Source: an uncultured bacterium
Lineage (GTDB): Bacteria > T1Sed10-126
DNA: 21,778 nt
Reading direction: 5' to 3'
Assembly: GCA_964566495.1 (NCBI GenBank)
Contig: CAZMIT010000019.1
Coordinates: 1-21,778, forward strand
A program made the position numbers and the translations under genes. Every line of letters starts with the position of its first letter. Positions within the stretch are counted from its first letter, which is position 1. The notes under the pieces are model-generated. The model was not told where the DNA came from, did not search any database, and was given only the letters and a program-made list of their open reading frames with translations. This document shows, piece after piece, positions 1 to 6,739 of the stretch.

Positions 1-98
1 GAGACGTTAAGCAGATGAAAAACCAAACGCCGGGCCGATTTTTTACCAATCCCCGGCAGTTTTCTTAAGTTGTCGACAGCTTTATCAAAAACTTCCAA
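1..98 (-). CDS. recR: Recombination mediator RecR, 5' end only (continues past the window start)
   Basis: Manual translation from TTG at 98 (AAGGAG RBS upstream) gives MEVFDKAVDNLRKLPGIGKKSARRLVFHLLNV, matching the RecR N-terminal HhH motif LxxLPGIGxKSAxRLxFHLL. Not in the supplied ORF track. Confidence 0.9.
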   Translation of the reverse strand, partial: MEVFDKAVDNLRKLPGIGKKSARRLVFHLLNV

Positions 99-225
99 GA
101 TAGTAGCTCCTTTTTAATGTAATCAATAATAAGTCGCAGAGCGTGTAGCGCTTGACGTCAGGCGTTGAATCAAAAGCTTCTATCTCCCCACTCTACCCTG
201 GCACAGAAAAAAATTAGATCAACTT

Positions 226-280
226 CCCCCCTCACCTGTGTCCTCTCCCTCGGAGGAAAGAACTCGAAGAGGGGAGCGGG
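226..280. repeat. Degenerate boxC-like pyrimidine/purine imperfect palindrome
   Basis: CCCCCCTCACCTGTGTCCTCTCCCTC followed by purine-rich GGAGGAAAG...AGAGGGGAG. Resembles the CCCTCACCCTAACCCTCTCCC..GGGAGAGGG type of intergenic repeat (recalled consensus). Confidence 0.45.
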
Positions 281-328
281 CGAAAGGGCGATGGGGCGAA
301 AAACCGTAAATCAAGATCAAGGTCAAGA

Positions 329-357
329 TGGATTGCGGAGCGTAGTCCGCAATGACG
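329..357. repeat. Single CGTC-type REP-like palindrome
   Basis: TGG-ATTGCGGA-GCGTAG-TCCGCAAT-GACG: 8-bp stem ending in GACG, same architecture as the element at 11241-11405. Preceded by TCAAGA TCAAGG TCAAGA (311-328). Confidence 0.65.
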
Positions 358-537
358 TCCGATAGATCAATACCACAGTGTCAATAAAGCTCAAATCAAT
401 TGTGACAATTTAAGACCACCCTGAAACTGTTCGAGTAGCATAGCCTTCAATGAAGCGGTCCTTACCTAAAATAGTACATATCATTCCGCAGATATCAAGG
501 TTTTGACAGTAAACGGGGCAGTGGCAAACTGGGAACC

Positions 538-562
538 CCTTCCTTATTTGAGTCAAGGAAGG
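538..562. other. Hairpin about 20 nt downstream of the four-helix-bundle stop codon
   Basis: CCTTCCTT-(9 nt)-AAGGAAGG, a perfect 8-bp stem. No clear U-tract, so terminator function is uncertain. Confidence 0.4.
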
Positions 563-582
563 ATAACGTCTTTTGCGGGTGG

Positions 583-1653
583 CTATCGCTTCTTTTTCCT
601 GTGATGGTACATCCGCTCGGTGAATCCACCGTCCTGCTCGAACTGCTCTACCTGTGCCTGGATCTGCCGCTCAAGCAGTGCTGTAGCCACGCTTATCAAG
701 GCCAGGGCAGCATTTGCAGCGATTTCCTGGTAGGTGGTGGACTCTGTGGACTCGGTGGACTCTGTGGACCCGGTGGACCCTGTGGACCCTGTGGACCTGG
801 TGGACTCGGTGGACCCGGTGGACCCTGTGGACTCGGTGGACCCGGTGGACCCTGTGGACCTGGTGGACCCTGTGGACCCTGTGGACCCGGTGGACTCCGT
901 GGACCCGGTGGACTCTGTGGACTCGGTGGACTCTGTGGACCCGGTGGACTCGGTGGACCCTGTGGACCTGGTGGACCCTGTGGACCCTGTGGACCTGGTG
1001 GACCTTGTGGACTCTGTGGACTCGGTGGACACGGTGGACTCTGTGGACCCGGTGGACCCTGTGGACCCTGTGGACCCTGTGGACCTGGTGGACCCGGTGG
1101 ACTCGGTGGACCTGGTGGACTCTGTGGACCCGGTGGACTCTGTGGACCCGGTGGGTCCTGGAGCTTCTGCTTCAGGGGATGCGGGTTTGGGAGGAGTCGG
1201 GGCAGATGTATTTGATGATTTTTTAGGTCCACGCTGCCCGGTTGGTCCACCCAGACCAAGATCATGTATTTGGTGCACCCAACGAACAACATCCTCCACC
1301 GTGTTGGGGCGAGTGTCGATGAGATTCTGCCGCCGGTGATCCTCCCGCTCCCACTGGACCAATCCATTTTGCCGCAAGAAGTCCTCGTAGTCGAGCTGAA
1401 GCTCCTCCAGGCTGGCCCGTGCCACATTGGTCAGTTTAATCTCTGTTTTCTTTGACGTTCCGCTGGCCTTACTTCCTTCAGCGATATTCTGTACTCCAGA
1501 GCGCGCCGCCTGCACCATCTGATCGTGGGTACGACTGTATTTATCGATATAGCGGTCACAGAATCGCTTCGTCAGGTCATAGACCAGACGAGCTATCTGA
1601 AAGCTCTTGAGATTACGGTAGCCACCGTGTTCCTTGATTAGATCATCGGTCAA
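583..1653 (-). CDS. Four-helix-bundle protein (TIGR02436 / 23S-IVS / Avd-like fold) with a TIGR04258-type suffix domain, interrupted by an in-frame (ST[G/E/R])n repeat
   Basis: N-terminal [11 protein letters not shown]...[21 protein letters not shown]...[25 protein letters not shown] and C-terminal [11 protein letters not shown]...LLERQI...[12 protein letters not shown]. Likely start is TTG at 1653 after AAAGGGGGG; the ORF track extends to 1677. Confidence 0.88.
   Translation of the reverse strand: MTDDLIKEHGGYRNLKSFQIARLVYDLTKRFCDRYIDKYSRTHDQMVQAARSGVQNIAEGSKASGTSKKTEIKLTNVARASLEELQLDYEDFLRQNGLVQWEREDHRRQNLIDTRPNTVEDVVRWVHQIHDLGLGGPTGQRGPKKSSNTSAPTPPKPASPEAEAPGPTGSTESTGSTESTRSTESTGSTRSTGSTGSTGSTGSTESTVSTESTESTRSTRSTGSTGSTRSTGSTESTGSTESTESTESTGSTESTGSTGSTGSTRSTGSTGSTESTGSTGSTESTRSTGSTGSTGSTESTESTESTTYQEIAANAALALISVATALLERQIQAQVEQFEQDGGFTERMYHHRKKKR
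733..1155. repeat. Tandem array of 47 x 9-bp units (CNNNGTGGA on +, encoding S-T-x on -)
   Basis: Hand count: ccctgtgga x12, cccggtgga x9, ctctgtgga x8, ctcggtgga x7, cctggtgga x6, three singleton variants and two degenerate end units. No indels. Confidence 0.97.
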
Positions 1654-1696
1654 AAAAAACCCCCCTTTTACTGACAATCTGACAGAATATTTTACT

Positions 1697-1924
1697 TTAA
1701 CCCGGCCTATGCATGAACCCTATGCATAGACCGCCCAAAGGGCCGCCCATTCATCAAATGGGCGGGGTTAACCCAGCCGTTTACAGAACAACTGGTAAGT
1801 TACAGGCTGTAAAAATAACTGCAATAATAATATTTTGTTTAATATCCAACAAGAAGTCTATAAACGGCTGTCCTTCGGACGGATAATGCACGACAGTTAT
1901 GCTGTCGTGCATTATCCGGGTTAA
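1697..1924. repeat. Inverted pair of related multi-hairpin elements (REPIN/MITE-like) around an AT-rich spacer
   Basis: Outer IR TTAACCCGG (1697-1705) / CCGGGTTAA (1916-1924). Inner IR CAGCCGTTTACAGA (1774-1787) / TCTATAAACGGCTG (1857-1870). Perfect 17-bp hairpin at 1880-1918; further hairpins at 1703-1733, 1733-1743, 1743-1765 and 1870-1880. Confidence 0.75.
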
Positions 1925-1980
1925 CACTCTCACACGGAGCGATACCTGCGCTCGACTTCGGATTTCGCCACCAAATATGT

Positions 1981-3201
1981 TCAACAAATATCTTCGGGGA
2001 GCAGCTGGTGGAGCAAAATACCGACAACGGCGGCGATAACCATGCCGCTCATCTCAACCCGGTCGAGGACCATTATTTTATCAAGGCCAACTCCGATGAC
2101 CAGGATGACGCTGGCAATGATCAGATTACGGGCTTCCTTGAGATCAACCTGATTATTGACCATCGTCCGCACACCGACAGCAGCTATCATACCATAAAGT
2201 AAAATAGAGACACCACCAATGACGGAATCAGGAATAGATTCTATAAGCGCCTCAACCTTGGGGATGAAGGAGAGGACAATTGCCCAGACAGCACCGAGAC
2301 TAACGATAAAAGTAGAATAAACGCCAGTAATTGCCAGAACACCAATATTTTCGCCATAAGTTGTTAAGGAGGGACCGCCCAATAATCCAGAAATAATTGT
2401 ACCGACTCCACCGCCGTAGAAAGTCGGAGCAAGCCCCGGATCACGCAAAACATCACGTCCAATTGTATCGCCAATCGCCAGTATATCCCCAGTATGTTCA
2501 ACAATTGAGACAATAGCCGCCGGGGTTACAATGAGAATAACTTCCCAACTGAACAGCGGTAGTGTAAAACCAGGGAACCCCAGCCAGGCTGCTTCACCAA
2601 TTTCTTTAAAAACAACCACTTCGGCAATAACTGCGGCAGAGTAGCCGCAGATAAGCCCGAGCAGGATAGGTATAACCCGGCGAAAACCGGTACCAAAAAC
2701 AGCCATTGCAATAGTAAACGCTAACGTTACCAGTGCTACTGTCCAATTGCTGGAAGCCCAGTCCAGGGCAACCGGGGCCAGGGCGAGGCCGATAACCATG
2801 ATTATGGGACCGGTGACAACGGGTGGGAAAATTTTGGCGACGTTATCAGGACCGGCAAGCTGGACAATAAAGCCAACAATTAGATATACAAGCCCGGCTC
2901 CAATAATCCCTGCCTGGGCGTGCTGAAGTGTTAATTCGCTTGATTCGGCCACCAGGACCAGTGGAGCGATAAAAGCAAAGGAAGAGCCCAGAAAACCGGG
3001 TACCTTGGCGCTGGTAAAGAGATGGAAAATTAATGTACCCAGGCCGACGGCAAAGAGAGTCGCCGAAACGTTTAAACCGGTAATTATGGGCACCAGGATT
3101 GTTGCACCGAACATCGCCATCGTATGCTGCAGACCTAAAAATATCTTCTGCCAGATTGAAAATTCTCCAATATCACATTGCTCGGCCAGCTTAGCTGCCA
3201 T
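1981..3201 (-). CDS. uraA: NCS2-family uracil permease (UraA/PyrP-like)
   Basis: GLQHTMAMFGATILVP, LGSSFAFI, FPPVVTGPIIMVIGL, EHTGD and TTYGENIGVLAIT (uracil-clade signature). AGGAG RBS. Confidence 0.9.
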   Translation of the reverse strand: MAAKLAEQCDIGEFSIWQKIFLGLQHTMAMFGATILVPIITGLNVSATLFAVGLGTLIFHLFTSAKVPGFLGSSFAFIAPLVLVAESSELTLQHAQAGIIGAGLVYLIVGFIVQLAGPDNVAKIFPPVVTGPIIMVIGLALAPVALDWASSNWTVALVTLAFTIAMAVFGTGFRRVIPILLGLICGYSAAVIAEVVVFKEIGEAAWLGFPGFTLPLFSWEVILIVTPAAIVSIVEHTGDILAIGDTIGRDVLRDPGLAPTFYGGGVGTIISGLLGGPSLTTYGENIGVLAITGVYSTFIVSLGAVWAIVLSFIPKVEALIESIPDSVIGGVSILLYGMIAAVGVRTMVNNQVDLKEARNLIIASVILVIGVGLDKIMVLDRVEMSGMVIAAVVGILLHQLLPEDIC

Positions 3202-3388
3202 TATTCTTCACTCCTGTCTTTAAAATATTAAGTCTTTCACCCTGAGCCTCTACCGCAAGAGTCGGTGGAGCTTGTGAAACACTTTGTCATCCTTCCTCCG
3301 GGTTAAGCAAAAGCCGCCTGGTTATCTCCTGCCGGTAGCTATGGAATTTTAAGGGGCAGAGCGAAATTTTCTTATTATAGTCTGACGA

Positions 3389-3418
3389 ATTATACAGGGT
3401 GAGCTGGATATTTATCAA
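3389..3418 (-). promoter_or_regulatory. Putative sigma70 promoter for the permease
   Basis: TTGATA-18 bp-TATAAT on the minus strand; a second TATAAT at 3374-3379. Confidence 0.55.
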
Positions 3419-3453
3419 GTATGCGACCAGAAAATTATAGCCGCATAAGATAT

Positions 3454-4752
3454 TCATGTCGAGGCGATAATTTTTTCGACCTGGCGGGCGGCACGGTGGC
3501 CACTGCGGACCGCTGCCTCAATAGTGGCGGGCCACTGGGGATAGGTCCAGTCTCCAGCCAGGACAACATTTTCAGAGGGACGTAAAAAGTTAGCGAGCCG
3601 AGTGAGCTTGGCGGGCGGCAGGTGGTAGGTGGCGCGGCGGTTGCGAAAAACCTGGTAGCGCTGCAGTCGCGGCGGGTTATCGTTCGACAACTGCTTCAAC
3701 AGACGGCGAGACTCGTCAATCAATTTAGTCTCCGACCAGTCCATCTGCTCGTCAGCAGCACTAACCATGAATTGTATTAGTCGCCGGGGACCGGCAAGCG
3801 GATTTATATACCAGTCAAAATCCGAGCCGGGGAGCGAGACAAAGCGGGGAAGATCCAATTCTCGGTCGAGCAGAAGATGCACGGTCAGGATAGGCGAAGC
3901 AGTGAAGTGATTAAGGTAATTGATACCGGACAACCCGTTGTTTTGGAGCAGATGAGCAACCCTGTCGGGGGGCAGGGCAAAGACAAAGAAGTCAGCAGAC
4001 GCCGGGGGGGAGCGATCAACTGTTATAGTGCCAGTTTGCAAATCAACATCGGTAACGTGGGAATTCAGCTCGAAGAGACCGCCGTTTCGGATAATTCGCT
4101 CGGCTAAGAGGTCGGCCAGCCGGGAGAGGGGTTCTGTAAAGCTATAGATCTCGAGGCTGTCACGAGCCGCAAAAAAAGTCTCCCCGACCCAACTCTGAAA
4201 ATGGTCAAGAGCAACTGCAGCCGGGGGGCGGTTAAAAACACTCACCACAAAAGGCTGCCAAAAACGGTCACGCAGAACCCGAGGCTGATTTTTTTGCAGC
4301 CAGGCAGCCAGGGTTTTCTGCTCCGAGACAGAATCTGATTGCAGTTTCAAAAGCTGTAGACCCGCTCGAAGCGTCGAAAAAAATTCCTCACCATAGCCGA
4401 AAAAGAGAGGTAGAAGGTGGAAGGGTCGAGGCAAGGGGAGAGTAAAAAAATTTTTAACCTGTCCCGAGGCGGTTAACAGGGCCGGCAGACCGGTAGAACG
4501 AAGAGGATCGTCGGTCAGCGACTGAAAAAGCTGCAGACTGCTGCTGCAACTGCCGGTTAAAATGTGCTGCCCATTATCCAGTTCGCAATCAAATCCGGGC
4601 ACGGTCCAGGAAGTCAAGCGACCGCCGGGTTGGGGAGCGACATCGTAGAGCTCAACTGTCAGCTCCCGGTCCTCTAAATTCAACTGGAGCAGATCATCCG
4701 CTACTGTCATCCCGGCCAGACCAGCGCCAAGGACAGCTACACGTAGAGACAA
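3454..4752 (-). CDS. hpnE: Hydroxysqualene dehydroxylase HpnE (FAD-dependent)
   Basis: Rossmann VAVLGAGLAG, LDNGQHIL and LAGDWT...PATIEAAVRSG motifs; follows hpnC and hpnD. Likely TTG start at 4752 after GGGGAG; the ORF track extends to 4812. Confidence 0.85.
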   Translation of the reverse strand: MSLRVAVLGAGLAGMTVADDLLQLNLEDRELTVELYDVAPQPGGRLTSWTVPGFDCELDNGQHILTGSCSSSLQLFQSLTDDPLRSTGLPALLTASGQVKNFFTLPLPRPFHLLPLFFGYGEEFFSTLRAGLQLLKLQSDSVSEQKTLAAWLQKNQPRVLRDRFWQPFVVSVFNRPPAAVALDHFQSWVGETFFAARDSLEIYSFTEPLSRLADLLAERIIRNGGLFELNSHVTDVDLQTGTITVDRSPPASADFFVFALPPDRVAHLLQNNGLSGINYLNHFTASPILTVHLLLDRELDLPRFVSLPGSDFDWYINPLAGPRRLIQFMVSAADEQMDWSETKLIDESRRLLKQLSNDNPPRLQRYQVFRNRRATYHLPPAKLTRLANFLRPSENVVLAGDWTYPQWPATIEAAVRSGHRAARQVEKIIAST

Positions 4753-5618
4753 CTCTGCGGACTCCCCAGCAAAGCTCTCAGACCGCGCCAGAGAAGCTGC
4801 GGGGCGGTCCACTTGCTTATCCTCATGTTAGCTCGCGAAGCGACAAAGTCGACGTCATATAGGCGCGCCAGGTAAAGACTGTAAGCAGCATTCATCAGTG
4901 CCAGGGTGAAGCGACGCCGGCCACTGAGGCTGTTTAAGAGTTTGATTGCCTCGTTATAGCTCTGTTCAGCTTCGCTGGCCAGCTCGGCGAGAGCACTACG
5001 ATACCCTTCCGTCATCTCGTCGTTCTGCCAGGCTTCGAGGGCATTGTAACGTTTCAACAGCGAGACGGGAAGATAACAACGGTCGCGCTCCCGATCTTCA
5101 GAGATGTCCCGTAATATGTTGGTTAGTTGAAAAGCATGAGCCATTTTTTTGCCAAGCTGTCGCTGCTGCTCACCGGTAACGTCAAAAATATGCAGCATCG
5201 AGAGACCAACCGTCCCGGCAACCCGATAAGTATACTGACGCAATTCTTCAGAATCAGCAATACGAACTGAGCCAAGATCACTTTCCGCCCCTTTTATGAG
5301 ATCATAAAAATATTTTTCAGGCAGCTCGTATTGACTCTGCAGCCAGTGAACGCCGGTCCAAAGTTCTCCCTCCTCATCACCTGCCAGTCCACTGCGAAGC
5401 TGCTCAAGCAGCTCGCGGCTCCTTTCTTCTTTGCGGGGCTCATCAACTGCATCGTCAACCCGGCGACAGAAATAATAGAGCACATGGAGAGCATCGCGGT
5501 CCTCGGGCGGCAAAAAACGGAGAGCAAAATGAAAAGTGCTATCCGCCTCGAGACTGCGGCGACGACACTCAACAAGTGCCTCCTGGAGTTCAGTTGGGCG
5601 ATCAGAATTATCCGGCAA
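4737..5618 (-). CDS. hpnD: Presqualene diphosphate synthase HpnD (squalene/phytoene synthase family)
   Basis: STFHFALRFLP, FCRRVDDAVDE, RVAGTVG and FQLTNILRDISED..R.YLP motifs. Start uncertain (TTG at 5618; ORF track gives 5651). Confidence 0.85.
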   Translation of the reverse strand: MPDNSDRPTELQEALVECRRRSLEADSTFHFALRFLPPEDRDALHVLYYFCRRVDDAVDEPRKEERSRELLEQLRSGLAGDEEGELWTGVHWLQSQYELPEKYFYDLIKGAESDLGSVRIADSEELRQYTYRVAGTVGLSMLHIFDVTGEQQRQLGKKMAHAFQLTNILRDISEDRERDRCYLPVSLLKRYNALEAWQNDEMTEGYRSALAELASEAEQSYNEAIKLLNSLSGRRRFTLALMNAAYSLYLARLYDVDFVASRANMRISKWTAPQLLWRGLRALLGSPQSCLYV

Positions 5619-6495
5619 GACAGGCCCACGCTCCTTGCAAGAAAAGGACAAACTTATCGCTTCGGTTTAAAGTGTGACGGCGGCTAAAAACATCGTAACC
5701 GGCAGCCTCGATTTTATCCAGAACTTTCCAACCACCGGCATTAAATAACTGGACCGCCAGAGATAAAGGAAAATTAAGATGATCAACCAGATTCCAGCCG
5801 AGCCGCAACCAGTCCCTGGTGCGCTCAATTTCAAAGGCCATCAGTTTAATAAAAGAGTCGGTCACTTCTCCCGCCTGCAGCTCCTCCCGACGGACCCCAA
5901 AACGCTGACGATCCTGCCGGGGCAGATAAATACGTCCCAGTTCAAAATCAATCGGAACATCGGCCCAGAAGTTAACAAGCTGCAGCGCAATCGAAGTGGC
6001 GTCGGCGTAGTGTTCAGTTAAATCGCTGCGTGCCTCAAAACAGTCGAGTACGAGCCGCCCGACGGGAGCGGCGCTTCGGCGACTGTAATCAATCAGTTCG
6101 GTAAAAGATTCGTATTCTTTTTTTCGCTGGTCCTGGCGGAAAGCGGAAATTAAATCGTAAAATGGCTGGGCCTCGAGGTGGCGGCGGTCGACCGTCTCCT
6201 GCAGGGCGAGAAAAACGGGGTGGGGAGGTGGTGAGCCAGCAAAACTAGCGTCTAACATAGCTTCAAATTTATCCAGATCAGATAATATTTCGGCGGCCGG
6301 TAAATCCCGGTCGGCGAGATCGTCCACCCAGCGACAGTAGGCGTAAATATTGGCGAGGTCCTGGCGCAACTTAGAATTAAGCAGGGGCAGGACTACGGTA
6401 AAATTTTCGTAGTGACTGGAAGCCAGCCGGCGACAGTGCTGCCTTGCCGCATCAATGTCTTCAACTTCTAAATCAAGGGAGCGGCAGTCAATCAC
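5608..6495 (-). CDS. hpnC: Hydroxysqualene synthase HpnC
   Basis: HYENFTV, IYAYCRWVDDLAD, HPVFLAL, DLISAFRQDQ and YSRRSAAPVGRLVL motifs. Likely GTG start at 6495 after GGGAG; the ORF track gives 6519. Confidence 0.88.
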   Translation of the reverse strand: MIDCRSLDLEVEDIDAARQHCRRLASSHYENFTVVLPLLNSKLRQDLANIYAYCRWVDDLADRDLPAAEILSDLDKFEAMLDASFAGSPPPHPVFLALQETVDRRHLEAQPFYDLISAFRQDQRKKEYESFTELIDYSRRSAAPVGRLVLDCFEARSDLTEHYADATSIALQLVNFWADVPIDFELGRIYLPRQDRQRFGVRREELQAGEVTDSFIKLMAFEIERTRDWLRLGWNLVDHLNFPLSLAVQLFNAGGWKVLDKIEAAGYDVFSRRHTLNRSDKFVLFLQGAWACLAG

Positions 6496-6739
6496 CGTCC
6501 AGCTCCCAGAGCTTTTCAAACTCCTCAGAGCTTACTTCTTCTGCTTCCTCGCGAACAAGCTCCATTGTCCAGTCAACCTCCAACCGATCGTAATCACCAC
6601 TTTCGGGGACGTGGGTGACAAAACGGCGGACAAGTAATGAGTCGTCACTGATCTCACACTCGTAAAGGCTAATTGCCTCTCCTAAATCGGGGATTTCCTG
6701 GACGTGTCGAAAGTATTTCAGTTGCTCATCATTCATCAT
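6488..6739 (-). CDS. Small acidic hypothetical protein (about 83 aa)
   Basis: AGGAGG then ATG at 6739. Exactly bridges gyrA and hpnC, overlapping both. C-terminus is [12 protein letters not shown]. Confidence 0.75.
   Translation of the reverse strand: MMNDEQLKYFRHVQEIPDLGEAISLYECEISDDSLLVRRFVTHVPESGDYDRLEVDWTMELVREEAEEVSSEEFEKLWELDGD

Noticed and set aside
165..365. 66-aa plus-strand ORF
   Set aside because: Runs through boxC-like and REP-like repeats, has no RBS and no recognisable motif.
398..410. Palindrome AATTGT-G-ACAATT as an operator
   Set aside because: Short, AT-rich and single-copy, with no linked promoter or regulator.
733..1155. CRISPR array
   Set aside because: Units are 9 bp with no unique spacers, and there are no cas genes.
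601..1339. Plus-strand repeat ORFs (GPCGPG, WTLWTR, VDPVDS)
   Set aside because: The repeat has no stop codon in any frame; these are antisense shadows with no recognisable domains.
696..1427. Collagen-like GPP/GPQ ORF in an alternative minus frame
   Set aside because: By-product of the stop-free 9-bp repeat. Gly is often replaced by Ser, and the conserved domains on both sides are in the S-T-x frame.
1694..1787. Integron attC site
   Set aside because: TAAC...GTT ends are suggestive, but the RYYYAAC and GTTRRRY boxes do not match and are not complementary. The inverted-doublet model fits better, and no integrase is present.
583..1980. Diversity-generating retroelement (because of the Avd-like fold)
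   Set aside because: No reverse transcriptase and no TR/VR pair differing at adenines was seen in the window.
1781..2027. Two short minus-strand ORFs (68 and 62 aa)
   Set aside because: They overlap the palindromic element and the end of uraA, with no coding features.
3266..3281. parS site
   Set aside because: Only the GTGAAACA half is present; I noticed no full TGTTNCACGTGAAACA palindrome in the window.
3202..3388. PyrR-binding attenuator
   Set aside because: Neither the consensus binding loop nor a U-tailed terminator was found.
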